Below, one piece after another: positions 9,721 to 19,337 of a stretch of DNA of 64,000 bases; the first letter of the stretch is position 1; each line of letters begins with the position of its first letter. The notes under the pieces were generated by a model. The model did no database searches. It was not told the origin of the DNA and was given only the letters and a program-made list of their open reading frames with translations. The DNA lies in NCBI GenBank assembly GCA_020440705.1, contig JAGRNP010000003.1:10076-74075 (forward strand). The letters run 5' to 3'. This DNA comes from a bacterium (GTDB taxonomy: Bacteria; Krumholzibacteriota; Krumholzibacteriia; LZORAL124-64-63). Both the position numbers and the translations under genes were made by a program.

Positions 9721-10596
9721 ATGGCGATTTTTGTCGACGACTCCACCAAGGTGGTCGTTCAGGGGATCACGGGCCGGGACGGCGGTTTCCACACCAAGGA
9801 AATGATGGCCTACGGCACGAAGATCGTGGCCGGCGTGACCCCGGGTCGCGGCGGCCAGAAGTTCGAGGACAAGGTCCCCGTGTACGACACGGTGAAGGAG
9901 GCGGTCCAGGAGCACGGCGTGAACACGTCGGTCATCTTCGTGCCGCCCTTCGGCGCCGCCGGCGCCATCTACGAGGCCGCGGACGCGGGCTGCAAGCTCA
10001 TCGTCTGCATCACCGAGGGCGTGCCCACGGTGGACATGGTCAAGGTCATGCCGTACCTGCAGGAACGCGGCGTGCGCCTGATCGGCCCCAACTGCCCCGG
10101 CCTGCTGGCCCCGGGCATCGCGAAGCTGGGCATCCTGCCCGCCAGCATCGTCAAGGAAGGCCCCGTGGGTCTGGTGTCCCGTTCGGGCACCCTGACCTAC
10201 GAGGTCGTCTACCAGCTGACCGCCGCGGGCCTGGGCCAGACCACCTGCCTCGGCATCGGCGGCGACCCGGTCATCGGGACCAACTTCCTGGACTCGATCA
10301 AGGCCTTCAACGAGGACCCGAAGACCGAGGCCATCGTGATGATCGGCGAGATCGGCGGCGACGCCGAGGAGCAGGCGGCCGAGTACATCAAGGCCAACGT
10401 CAAGAAGCCGGTGGTCAGCTTCATCGCCGGCCAGACGGCGCCTCCGGGCAAGCGGATGGGCCACGCCGGCGCCATCGTCTCCGGCGGCACCGGCACGGCG
10501 GCCGAGAAGCAGAAGGCGCTGGAGGCCGCGGGCATCCCCGTGGCGGCCCGGCCCATGGACGTGGTGCCCAAGCTGCAGGAAATCTGGCACCCGTAG
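9721..10596 (+). CDS. sucD: Succinyl-CoA synthetase alpha subunit
   Basis: CoA-binding [10 protein letters not shown], catalytic His region [11 protein letters not shown]; 291 aa; directly downstream of sucC. Confidence 0.9.
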   Translation: MAIFVDDSTKVVVQGITGRDGGFHTKEMMAYGTKIVAGVTPGRGGQKFEDKVPVYDTVKEAVQEHGVNTSVIFVPPFGAAGAIYEAADAGCKLIVCITEGVPTVDMVKVMPYLQERGVRLIGPNCPGLLAPGIAKLGILPASIVKEGPVGLVSRSGTLTYEVVYQLTAAGLGQTTCLGIGGDPVIGTNFLDSIKAFNEDPKTEAIVMIGEIGGDAEEQAAEYIKANVKKPVVSFIAGQTAPPGKRMGHAGAIVSGGTGTAAEKQKALEAAGIPVAARPMDVVPKLQEIWHP

Positions 10597-10736
10597 CACG
10601 ATCGCTTATATTGGCGGCCGAGAATGAGAACCGGTTGCCATGACGGCACAGCGGGCGACCTCCCCGGAGGCGCCCGCTGGTTTCCACCCGGAACCGGCCG
10701 TGGCCGGCCCGGACCGACAAAGGACACGAGCATCCC

Positions 10737-11144
10737 ATGCAGAAGACCTACTTCATGATCAAGCCCGAGATCGTCGCCGCCGGCGACCAGAAGATCGGCG
10801 CCATCCTGGCCATCGTGAACCAGGCCGGGTTCCGCATCACGAACCTGGAGCTGCGCCGGCTCGACCGCGCGCTGGTCGAGGATTTCTACGGCGAGCACCG
10901 CGAGCGCCCGTTCTACGGCGAGCTGTGCGACTACATCGCCGGCGGCCCGGTCGTGACCATCGGCCTCGAGCGCGAAAATGCGGTGGCCGCCCTGCGCGAG
11001 CTGATCGGTGCCACGAATCCGGCCGAGGCCGCCACGGGCACCATCCGCGACCTGTTCGGCGCCTCGCTGCAGAACAACGCGGTCCACGCGTCGGCCAATC
11101 CGGACGATGCGGCCCGCGAGCTGGCCCTGATTTTCGGCGTCTGA
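10737..11144 (+). CDS. ndk: Nucleoside diphosphate kinase
   Basis: TYFMIKPE start, 135 aa, NAVHASANPDDAARE with catalytic His region. Confidence 0.9.
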   Translation: MQKTYFMIKPEIVAAGDQKIGAILAIVNQAGFRITNLELRRLDRALVEDFYGEHRERPFYGELCDYIAGGPVVTIGLERENAVAALRELIGATNPAEAATGTIRDLFGASLQNNAVHASANPDDAARELALIFGV

Positions 11145-11248
11145 GCCCCCGCCGACGGGCCCGGGTGCCCGTCGGCCGCACTTGACAGCCCCGCAGGCGC
11201 TGATTACAGTTTGGCGCCTGCAACCGTCTTTGGAAAAGCTGGTCCCGC

Positions 11249-11731
11249 ATGGAATTGGATCTCGACAGGCAGGAGCCGGGCCGTTCCGAACTGCCCATTT
11301 CCGGGCGCCTGGCCCTCGACGCCGGCGACGACCGGGTCGCCGAGGCCGAGTTGCGCGGAGATCTGGTGATCCAGAACATCGAGAGCCGCTTCCTGGTGAA
11401 CGGCAGCCTCGAGGCGGTGGGGCGGACGACCTGCGGCCGTTGCCTGCAGGAATTCGACCTCAGCTGGGACGTTCCGGTCGACCTCATGGTGCTGCGGAAC
11501 GTCGACAGCGACGAGGAGGAGGGGGAGACCCTCCTGATCCTGCAGAGGGACGGCGTGGTCGACCTGCGCGAATCCCTGCGGGAGTGCACGCTGCTGGCCT
11601 ACCCGCAGAGCCCCGTGTGCCGCGAGGATTGCCGCGGACTCTGTGCCCAGTGCGGTTGCGACCTCAACAGCGAGAGCTGCGACTGCGCCGACAACGACAA
11701 TGACCCCCGGTGGGACGGACTGCCCGAGTAG
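11249..11731 (+). CDS. yceD: YceD/DUF177 family protein (large-subunit rRNA processing, COG1399)
   Basis: 160 aa with C-terminal CxxC...CxxC cluster (CREDCRGLCAQCGCDLN), immediately upstream of rpmF as in the conserved yceD-rpmF-plsX arrangement. Confidence 0.75.
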   Translation: MELDLDRQEPGRSELPISGRLALDAGDDRVAEAELRGDLVIQNIESRFLVNGSLEAVGRTTCGRCLQEFDLSWDVPVDLMVLRNVDSDEEEGETLLILQRDGVVDLRESLRECTLLAYPQSPVCREDCRGLCAQCGCDLNSESCDCADNDNDPRWDGLPE

Positions 11732-11798
11732 CCCCCGCCGAGCCCGACAACACCCGTGAGCCACAAGCCCGAGGGCCGGCTCCAACCGGAGGAATCCG

Positions 11799-11978
11799 AT
11801 GGCTGTTCCGCAAAGTAAGACGTCCAAGTCCAAGAAGGGCCTGCGTCGCGCCAACTGGCACCTCGAGAAGCCGGATCCGAACAAGTGCCCCCACTGCGGC
11901 GCCCCGCGCCTGCCGCACCGCGTGTGCCGCGACTGCGGGTACTACGGCGAGCGCGAGGTCCTGGTCGTCGAGAAGTAG
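11799..11978 (+). CDS. rpmF: 50S ribosomal protein L32
   Basis: Not in ORF track (<60 aa): MAVPQSKTSKSKKGLRRANWHLEKPDPNKCPHCGAPRLPHRVCRDCGYYGEREVLVVEK, L32 zinc-ribbon with CxxC...CxxC. Confidence 0.85.
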   Translation: MAVPQSKTSKSKKGLRRANWHLEKPDPNKCPHCGAPRLPHRVCRDCGYYGEREVLVVEK

Positions 11979-12041
11979 CGACCGGCAGCGAGGCTGAACA
12001 TCGCCGCGCCTGCGGGTGCGGCCCGGCAGGGAGGTCGGTTC

Positions 12042-13031
12042 ATGAGCGCAGCGAAACCGGTGATCGCGGTCGACGCCATGGGGGGCGACCACGGGCCTTC
12101 CGTGGTGGTGCCCGGCGCGATCGCGGCCCTGACCCCCGATTCGCCCTTCGAACTGGCTCTCTACGGCGATCCGGCCGCCATCGAGGCGGCCCTCGACCAG
12201 GCAGGTGCCGCTGGCCTGCCTGTTTCCGTGGTCCCCTGCACCCAGGACATCGAAATGGGCGAGGCGCCCGCTTCGGCCATCCGCAACAAGAAGGACAGCC
12301 CCATCGTCCGGGCCATGGCCGATCAGAAGGCGGGCCAGGTCCAGGCGGTGGTGTCCGCCGGCTCCACCGGGGCCATGGTCGCCGCCAGCCTGATCATCCT
12401 CGGGCGCGTCGCGGGCGTCGACCGTCCGGCCATCGCCACCCTGATCCCGACCGTGCGGGGCCATCTGGTCCTGCTCGACGCGGGCGCCAACACCCAGTGC
12501 ACCGCCGAACACCTGGTCTGCTTCGCCCGCATGGGCGACGTCTTCGTGCGCCAGATGTTCGCCGTCGAGGCGCCGGCCGTCGGCCTGCTGAACATCGGTT
12601 CCGAGCCCAAGAAGGGCCCGGAACTCTACGTCGAGACCCATGCCCTGCTGGCGGACTCCGGCCTGAACTTCGTCGGCAACATCGAGGGCAACGACTTCAT
12701 GCTCGGCCCCTGCGACGTGGTGGTGGCCGATGGCTTCATGGGCAACAACGCCCTGAAGATGGTGGAGGGGTTCGCCCGCTTCATGGGCGCCCTCGCCCGC
12801 CGGCCCGACCTGCCGGCCGACGTCCAGGCCGGCCTGCGGCCCGTGCTGGGCTTCCTGCAGCGCGACTTCTCCTACGAGAAGTACGGCGGGGCCCTGCTGC
12901 TGGGCGTCCAGGGCATCAGCGTCATCGCCCATGGCCGCAGTTCGGCCCTGGCCATCACCAACGCCGTCAAGGTGGGGTGGGACATGGTCCGCAACGACGT
13001 GCTGGACCGCATGGCGTCTCTCGAGGCCTAG
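12042..13031 (+). CDS. plsX: Phosphate acyltransferase PlsX
   Basis: 329 aa, VIAVDAMGGDHGP start and GFMGNNALK motifs typical of PlsX. Confidence 0.9.
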   Translation: MSAAKPVIAVDAMGGDHGPSVVVPGAIAALTPDSPFELALYGDPAAIEAALDQAGAAGLPVSVVPCTQDIEMGEAPASAIRNKKDSPIVRAMADQKAGQVQAVVSAGSTGAMVAASLIILGRVAGVDRPAIATLIPTVRGHLVLLDAGANTQCTAEHLVCFARMGDVFVRQMFAVEAPAVGLLNIGSEPKKGPELYVETHALLADSGLNFVGNIEGNDFMLGPCDVVVADGFMGNNALKMVEGFARFMGALARRPDLPADVQAGLRPVLGFLQRDFSYEKYGGALLLGVQGISVIAHGRSSALAITNAVKVGWDMVRNDVLDRMASLEA

Positions 13032-13088
13032 GGCCCGAGCCGCTGTCCCGGCGCCCCGCGCCGCCTGCCCGCCGAATCGAGGAGAGCC

Positions 13089-14045
13089 ATGAGCGCCATC
13101 CGCATCCCGATGATCTTTCCCGGCCAGGCGTCCCAGGTCGTGGGCATGGCCCGCGACCTCGCGACGGCCGGCGGCCCCGCGGCCGATTTCCTGGCCACGG
13201 TGAACGATGCCCTCGGCGACGACCTGACCGGGGTCATGTTCGAGGGCCCGGGAGAGACCCTCACCGAGACCCACAATGCCCAGCCCGCCATTCTCGCCCA
13301 TTCGGTGGCGGTGGCGCTGGCGCTGCGCGCCCAGGGCGTCGAGCCGTCGCTCGTGGCAGGCCACAGCCTGGGCGAGTTCAGCGCCGCCGTGGCCGCCGGG
13401 GCCCTCAGTCCGCTCGACGGGCTGCGCCTCGTGCGCGAGCGGGGCCGTCTCATGTTCGCCGCGGGGCAGGAGGTTCCGGGGACCATGGCCGCGGTCCTCG
13501 GCCTGGCGAGCGACAAGGTCCGTGAGGTCTGCGCCGCCGTCGACGGCGTCGTGGTCCTGGCCAACGACAACACCGAGGGGCAGGTGGTGATCTCGGGCGA
13601 GGTGCCTGCCGTCGAGGCCGCCGAAGCCCCCCTGAAGGAGGCCGGCGCCCGCCGGGTCCAGCGCCTCAACGTGAGCGGCGCTTTCCATTCGCCACTGCTC
13701 GAGGGGGCGGCCGCGGCCTTCCGGGAGGTCCTGGCCGGCGTCGACTTCGCCGCCCCGACCGTCCCGCTGGTGGCCAACGTCGATGCGCGGCCGGTCACCA
13801 CGGCGGCCGGCCTGCGCGAGGGATTCGGCCGGCAGCTCACCTCCTCGGTCCTCTGGCGGGACATCATGGCCCACATCGCCGGCGGCGCGCCGGCCCCCCG
13901 CGTGGTGCTCGAGGTCGGACCGGGGCGGGTCCTGTCCAACATGGCCAAACGGGCCTATCCGGACACGACCTTCATCGCCGTCGGCAGCGTCGAGGATCTC
14001 GCCGGTCTGGAAGACAGTTTGGCCGCGGCCGGATTCGACAGCTGA
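13089..14045 (+). CDS. fabD: Malonyl-CoA:ACP transacylase
   Basis: FPGQASQ, active site GHSLGEFSA, 318 aa. Confidence 0.9.
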   Translation: MSAIRIPMIFPGQASQVVGMARDLATAGGPAADFLATVNDALGDDLTGVMFEGPGETLTETHNAQPAILAHSVAVALALRAQGVEPSLVAGHSLGEFSAAVAAGALSPLDGLRLVRERGRLMFAAGQEVPGTMAAVLGLASDKVREVCAAVDGVVVLANDNTEGQVVISGEVPAVEAAEAPLKEAGARRVQRLNVSGAFHSPLLEGAAAAFREVLAGVDFAAPTVPLVANVDARPVTTAAGLREGFGRQLTSSVLWRDIMAHIAGGAPAPRVVLEVGPGRVLSNMAKRAYPDTTFIAVGSVEDLAGLEDSLAAAGFDS

Positions 14046-14095
14046 ACCCGTTTCTCGGGCAAGTTGTGTAAGTGATTGCTGGAAAGGAATTTGAA

Positions 14096-14827
14096 ATGAG
14101 CAACAAAGCCGTCATCGTCACAGGCGCCAGCCGGGGGATCGGCGAGTCGATCGCCCGGGAACTGGCGGCCGCCGGCTACGACCTGGCCCTGGTCGCGCGT
14201 TCGGCGGAGCGCCTGGAGGCCCTGGCCGCCGAGTTGTCCGGCGACGTGAAGTGCATCGCCCTGCCCGGTGACATCGGATCGTGGGACGACGCCCAGCGCA
14301 TCGTCGACGCGACCCACGCCGAATTCGGCGCCCTCTGGGGCCTGGTCAACAACGCGGGCATCACCCGCGACGGCCTGCTGATGCGCATGTCGCCGGAGAA
14401 CTGGCAGGCGCCGATCGATGTGAACCTGAACGGGACCTTCTACTTCACCCGGGCGGCGACCCCGATCATGATGCGCCAGCGGGAAGGCCGCATCGTGAAC
14501 ATCACCTCCGTAATTGGCTTGACCGGAAACGCCGGACAGGCTAATTATGCTGCATCGAAGGCCGGAATCATTGCCCTGACCAGGTCGGTGGCCAAGGAAC
14601 TGGGCAGTCGCGGCGTGACCAGCAACGCGGTCGCGCCGGGCTTCATTTCCACCGACATGACCGCGGACCTTCCGGAGAAGGTGCGCGACGAAATGTTGAG
14701 CCAGATCCCCCTCAAGCGCTTCGGCGAGGGGAAGGACGTGGCCGGCGTGGTCAAGTTCCTTTTGTCTCCGGAAGCCTCCTACATCACCGGCCAGACGCTG
14801 GTGGTCGACGGCGGCATGATAGATTAA
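14096..14827 (+). CDS. fabG: 3-oxoacyl-ACP reductase
   Basis: SDR: [24 protein letters not shown]; ATG at 14096 preferred over listed 14072 (MSNKAVIV...). Confidence 0.9.
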   Translation: MSNKAVIVTGASRGIGESIARELAAAGYDLALVARSAERLEALAAELSGDVKCIALPGDIGSWDDAQRIVDATHAEFGALWGLVNNAGITRDGLLMRMSPENWQAPIDVNLNGTFYFTRAATPIMMRQREGRIVNITSVIGLTGNAGQANYAASKAGIIALTRSVAKELGSRGVTSNAVAPGFISTDMTADLPEKVRDEMLSQIPLKRFGEGKDVAGVVKFLLSPEASYITGQTLVVDGGMID

Positions 14828-14861
14828 GCACAACTTTCACGTTCCCCAGGAGGGTAACCTG

Positions 14862-15098
14862 ATGGCGTCGATTCAGGAACAGGTGTACGAGATCATCCAG
14901 CGCAAGCTGTCCGTCAACCCCGAGCAGATCACTCCCGAGGCCTCGTTCACCGAGGATCTGGGCGCCGACTCCCTGGACACGGTCGAGCTGGTGATGGACC
15001 TCGAGGAAGAGTTCAACATCACGATCCCGGAAGAGGATCAGGAGAAGCTGCGGACCGTCCAGGACGCCATCGACTACCTCGAGTCGAACCTGGACTGA
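14862..15098 (+). CDS. acpP: Acyl carrier protein
   Basis: 78 aa, phosphopantetheine site [14 protein letters not shown]. Confidence 0.9.
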   Translation: MASIQEQVYEIIQRKLSVNPEQITPEASFTEDLGADSLDTVELVMDLEEEFNITIPEEDQEKLRTVQDAIDYLESNLD

Positions 15099-15146
15099 TC
15101 CCCGCGCCCGCGACCGCGTGCGCGACGCATCCGCCGTGGATCTCAC

Positions 15147-15181
15147 GCCCGGTCCCCACAAGAAAGTGGTGGGACCGGGCG
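15147..15181 (+). terminator. Strong hairpin downstream of acpP (partial terminator/attenuator before fabF)
   Basis: CGCCCGGTCCCCAC-aagaaa-GTGGTGGGACCGGGCG about 13 bp stem; followed by candidate -10 CATATAATG; no clean U-tract. Confidence 0.45.
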
Positions 15182-15297
15182 TGATTGTGCATATAATGAC
15201 CATCGGTTAGGTGAACACACGGGGCACCCGGCGCCGCCGGGTGCGGCGCGCTGCAGCGTCCGGTCAACCCGTTTCCCACCCCCTGGAGGTGTCCGTT

Positions 15298-16536
15298 TTG
15301 TCCTCTCGCAGAGTCGTCGTCACCGGAATCGGCATGGTTACCGCGGTCGGCCTGGACCGCGACAGCACCTGGCAGAGCCTCATCGCCGGGCGGGGCGGCA
15401 TCGCCACCCTCGACGGATTCCCGCTCGATGAGTTGAAGACCACTTTCGGGGCCCAGATCAAGGACTTCGACCCTTCGGTCTGCATGGACCCGAAGGAGGC
15501 CCGCAAGGCCGACCGCTTCGTGCAGTTGGCCATGGCGGCGGCCGACCAGGCCATGGTCCAGTCCGGCCTGGGGGAACCCGAGGACTCCTTCCGCGCCGGC
15601 GTGATCATCGGATCCGGCATCGGCGGCATGCTCACCTTCGAGGAGCAGCACACCAAGCTCATGGAGCGGGGTCACCGCGGCGTTTCGCCGCTGTTCATCC
15701 CCATGATGATCGGCGATATGGCCAGCGGCCTGGTCTCGATCCGCTACGGGTTCCGGGGCGCCAACTACTGCACGGTGAGCGCGTGCGCCTCGGGCGGACA
15801 CGCCATCGGCGCCGCCTTCGACCAGATCATGCTCGGGCATGCCGATGTGATGATCACCGGCGGCTCCGAGGCGGCGGTCTGCGACATGGCCCTGGCGGGC
15901 TTCGCCAACATGAAAGCCCTCAGCTCGCGCAACGATGCGCCGGAGAAGGCCAGCCGTCCGTTCGACAAGGAGCGGGACGGTTTCGTGCTGGGCGAGGGCG
16001 CAGGCATCCTCATCCTCGAATCCGAGGAGCATGCCCTGGCCCGCGGTGCGACCATCCTCGGCGAGGTCTGCGGCTACGGCATGACCGGCGACGCCTACCA
16101 TATGACCCAGCCCGACCAGGAAGGCACCGGCGCCATCGGTTCCATGCGGCAGGCGGTGCGCACCAGCGGCATCCGGCCCGAAGAGGTGGGCTACATCAAC
16201 GCCCACGGCACCTCGACCTATTTCAACGACCGTGGCGAGACGCTCGCCATCAAGGCCGTCTTCGGTGACCACGCCCATGCGCTGCGGGTCAGTTCGACCA
16301 AGTCCATGATCGGCCACCTGCTGGGCGCCGCCGGCGGGGTCGAGGCGGCGATCACGGTGCTGGCGCTCAACACGGGCATCCTGCCGCCGACAATCAATCT
16401 CGACAACCCCGACCCCGAGTGCGACCTCGACTACATCCCGCACGAGGCGGTCAAGCAGGACGTCGAGTATGCCCTGTCGAATTCGTTCGGGTTCGGGGGC
16501 CACAACGTGACGCTCTGTTTCCGGGCGCGGAGGTAG
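15298..16536 (+). CDS. fabF: 3-oxoacyl-ACP synthase II
   Basis: TTG start 8 nt after GGAGG gives 413 aa (listed ORF starts upstream without RBS); active-site ACASG, His-His region NAHGTSTYFND ... GHLLGAAG. Confidence 0.9.
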   Translation: MSSRRVVVTGIGMVTAVGLDRDSTWQSLIAGRGGIATLDGFPLDELKTTFGAQIKDFDPSVCMDPKEARKADRFVQLAMAAADQAMVQSGLGEPEDSFRAGVIIGSGIGGMLTFEEQHTKLMERGHRGVSPLFIPMMIGDMASGLVSIRYGFRGANYCTVSACASGGHAIGAAFDQIMLGHADVMITGGSEAAVCDMALAGFANMKALSSRNDAPEKASRPFDKERDGFVLGEGAGILILESEEHALARGATILGEVCGYGMTGDAYHMTQPDQEGTGAIGSMRQAVRTSGIRPEEVGYINAHGTSTYFNDRGETLAIKAVFGDHAHALRVSSTKSMIGHLLGAAGGVEAAITVLALNTGILPPTINLDNPDPECDLDYIPHEAVKQDVEYALSNSFGFGGHNVTLCFRARR

Positions 16537-16562
16537 TCCGCGGCCCAGGAAGGCCCCGAACC

Positions 16563-17405
16563 ATGGGACTGAAGGATTCGATCCAGCAGGTTCTGGCCAG
16601 GTTCTCGGGGGCACCGACCGCACCGGAGGTGTCCCCGATTCCCCCCGCGGGCGGCGCGCAGGATGCGCCCGGCCCGGCCGAACTGGCCGCCAACTTCGCG
16701 GCCCTCGAGGCGAAGCTCGGCTACGAGTTCCGCGACCGCACCCTGCTGGGCAACGCCCTGCTGCACCGTTCCCATATCCACGTCACGGGCCAGGATCGCG
16801 AGCAGTCCAACGAGCGTCTGGAATTCCTGGGCGACGCCGTTCTCGGCCTGGTAGTCAACGAGGATCTCTACAACCGCTACCCCGACCGCTCCGAGGGCGA
16901 TCTCACCAAGATGAAGTCCCTGCTGGTGTGCGGTGCCCGGCTGTCCGAGGTGGCCACGGAGGTCGACCTGGGCGTCCACATCCGCATGAGCCGCTCCGAG
17001 GCGGCCACCGGCGGGCGGCAGCGGTCCAGCATCCTGGCCGACACGACCGAGGCCCTCATCGGGGCCGTCTACCTCGACGGCGGCCTCAACGCGGCGAGGG
17101 CGGTCATCCAGCGGGTCGTGCTGCGGGGCAGCGAGAAGGTCCTGGCCCGCCGTTCGCTCCGCAACTACAAGAGCCGACTCCAGGAACTCATCCAGTCCCG
17201 CTACAAGAGCCCGCCCCGGTACAAGGTGATGAAGGTCGACGGCCCGGATCACGACCGGATCTTCCAGGTGTCCGTCACGTTCAACGGCGAGGTGCTGGGT
17301 ACGGGCGAGGGACGCAACAAGAAGACCGCCGAGCAGCAGGCCGCCCAGGTGGCCCTGGAGACGCTGGCTGCCCGCGGGGAACTCGTCGACGACGACCAGG
17401 ATTGA
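16563..17405 (+). CDS. rnc: Ribonuclease III
   Basis: RNase III signature ERLEFLGDAVL, catalytic EALIGAVYLDGG, C-terminal dsRBD; ATG 16563 chosen to avoid overlap with fabF; gives about 45-aa N-terminal extension. Confidence 0.85.
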   Translation: MGLKDSIQQVLARFSGAPTAPEVSPIPPAGGAQDAPGPAELAANFAALEAKLGYEFRDRTLLGNALLHRSHIHVTGQDREQSNERLEFLGDAVLGLVVNEDLYNRYPDRSEGDLTKMKSLLVCGARLSEVATEVDLGVHIRMSRSEAATGGRQRSSILADTTEALIGAVYLDGGLNAARAVIQRVVLRGSEKVLARRSLRNYKSRLQELIQSRYKSPPRYKVMKVDGPDHDRIFQVSVTFNGEVLGTGEGRNKKTAEQQAAQVALETLAARGELVDDDQD

Positions 17406-17456
17406 ACGACCGGGCGCGCGCCAGCCTGCCCCTCACCCCAAAGCGAGGACGACCCC

Positions 17457-19337
17457 GTGCCCGACTTCCGCATCCGCCTCCTTCCCGGAGTCTTCATCCT
17501 GCTCGTGACGGGCCTGGTCGCCGCGGGCCCCGTGGCGGCCCGGTACGCGGCCACGGCGGCCGACACCGCCCGTGGCACGCCCGACGAAGACGTGCCCTAC
17601 GGGGTGGCAGCAGGCTACATCGTGGGCCACAAACTGCTCGAGGAGGGCAGCGCCAAGGAGGCGCTGCCCTATCTGCACATGGCCTACCGGGCGCAGCCGA
17701 AGGTGATCGACATCGCCATGGACTTCCAGGAGGCCCTCGCGGCCGAGGGCTACGTCAAGGACGCCCTGCAGGTGATGGACCTCCTCATCACCGACCATCC
17801 GGACTCCCTGGGCTTCCTGGTCAAGCGGGCCAACCTGAATCTCAAGGCCGGCAAGGCGGAGGAGGCCCTGGCCGATCTCCGGCGCCTGCGGGCCGAAGGG
17901 CGCGTCGACTTCGCCATCATCGACGCCGAGGCTTCGATCCTGGCCGCCACCGGCGAGACGAGCCAGGCCCTCGACGTGTATCGCGACGGGCTGGAACTGC
18001 TGCCCGCCGACGGTCCCGACATCTACCTGGGCATGGTCGGTGTCCTGCAGAAGGCCGAACGGCTCGACGAGGTGCCCGACCTCCTGGAGCAGGCCCTGGC
18101 CGACCATCCGGACGAGCCGCGCCTGTGGCTGCTGAAGGCCCGGGTCGAAGCCGCCCAGGGTCGTCACGACGCGGCCGTGGCGACGGCGCGGGCGGCCGAC
18201 ACCCACTTCGCCACGCTCCTCGTGGCAGGCGCTCCGGATCCCGATCTCGAACTCGATGATGCGGCGACCGGTGCGGCCCGCCCGGCCCCCCCGGCCGGTT
18301 TGCCCGCCGATTCGTTCCTCGTCGAACTCGCCGACTTCTACGCGCAGCGCGGCCAGCCCGACCAGGCCCTGGCGATCCTCGAACCGCTTTCCGCGGCCGG
18401 GGAACTGCGGCTGGCGCCGAGCCTGTGGCTGGCTCGGCTGCTCCTGGGGACGGGACGGTCGGAAGAGGGCGCGGCCCTGGTCACCGACATCCTCGGTCGC
18501 TGGCCCGATTCGGGCCGGGCGTGGTATCTGCAGGGCAAGGTGGCCGAAGGGGCCGGGGACTGGGAAGGCTCGCTGCCGGACTATGCCCGGGCCGTGGAGA
18601 AGGCGCCGCGCGACGCCGAGATCCGCATCGGCTACGTGCGCGCCATGCTCGTGGCCTGGGAGCGGGACCTCGCCGCCGCCGCACCGGATACCTCGGCCCA
18701 GACGAAGCTCGAGACCTTTCGCCGTCACGTGATGGTCGCTTCGACCCTCGTTCCGGACGAGGACCGCGGCGGCCAGCTGGTGCTCGGATACGCCTTCAAG
18801 GCGCTGCGGGACTACGAGCGGGCGGCGTGGCGCTTCGGTCTGGCGGCCGAGAGCGACGAACTGCGCCTCGGCGCCCTGCTGCAGAAGAGCATCTGCCACG
18901 ACACCCGGGGCGAGGAGGAGCAGGCCCGCGCCGATCTGGAAACCCTGCACCGGGAATTCCCCCGCAACCCCGAGGTCGCCAATTCGCTCGGCTACTTCTT
19001 CGCCGAGAAGGGAATCGAGCTGAAGCGCGCGGCCGAGCTGGTGGAGATCGCCCTCGCCGCCGAGCCGGGCAACGGCGCCTATCTCGACTCCATGGGGTGG
19101 ATCCACTACCGCAACGGCAACTTCGAGCGGGCCCTCGATTTCATGATCCAGGCCGTGAACGTCCTGCCCGACGATCCGGTCATCACCGAGCATCTGGGCA
19201 TGGTCCTCAAGGCGCAGGGGCAGGCGGGGGAGGCCCTCGACATGCTGCGCCGCGCCCTGGCGCTCGGGGGCGACCGCGAACGGCTCCAGGCGGTGATCGC
19301 CGAACTGGAAAACGCCGCGGCCAAGGACCGGCCGTGA
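17457..19337 (+). CDS. Secreted tetratricopeptide-repeat (TPR) protein
   Basis: 626 aa, N-terminal signal peptide-like LLPGVFILLVTGLVAAGPVAA, multiple TPR-like helical repeats, C-terminal YLDSMGWIHYRNGNFERALDF repeat. Confidence 0.7.
   Translation: MPDFRIRLLPGVFILLVTGLVAAGPVAARYAATAADTARGTPDEDVPYGVAAGYIVGHKLLEEGSAKEALPYLHMAYRAQPKVIDIAMDFQEALAAEGYVKDALQVMDLLITDHPDSLGFLVKRANLNLKAGKAEEALADLRRLRAEGRVDFAIIDAEASILAATGETSQALDVYRDGLELLPADGPDIYLGMVGVLQKAERLDEVPDLLEQALADHPDEPRLWLLKARVEAAQGRHDAAVATARAADTHFATLLVAGAPDPDLELDDAATGAARPAPPAGLPADSFLVELADFYAQRGQPDQALAILEPLSAAGELRLAPSLWLARLLLGTGRSEEGAALVTDILGRWPDSGRAWYLQGKVAEGAGDWEGSLPDYARAVEKAPRDAEIRIGYVRAMLVAWERDLAAAAPDTSAQTKLETFRRHVMVASTLVPDEDRGGQLVLGYAFKALRDYERAAWRFGLAAESDELRLGALLQKSICHDTRGEEEQARADLETLHREFPRNPEVANSLGYFFAEKGIELKRAAELVEIALAAEPGNGAYLDSMGWIHYRNGNFERALDFMIQAVNVLPDDPVITEHLGMVLKAQGQAGEALDMLRRALALGGDRERLQAVIAELENAAAKDRP

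Noticed and set aside
11182-11703. 173-aa + ORF overlapping yceD in another frame
   Set aside because: The yceD frame carries the conserved DUF177 Cys cluster. This overlapping frame is Arg/Pro-rich shadow.
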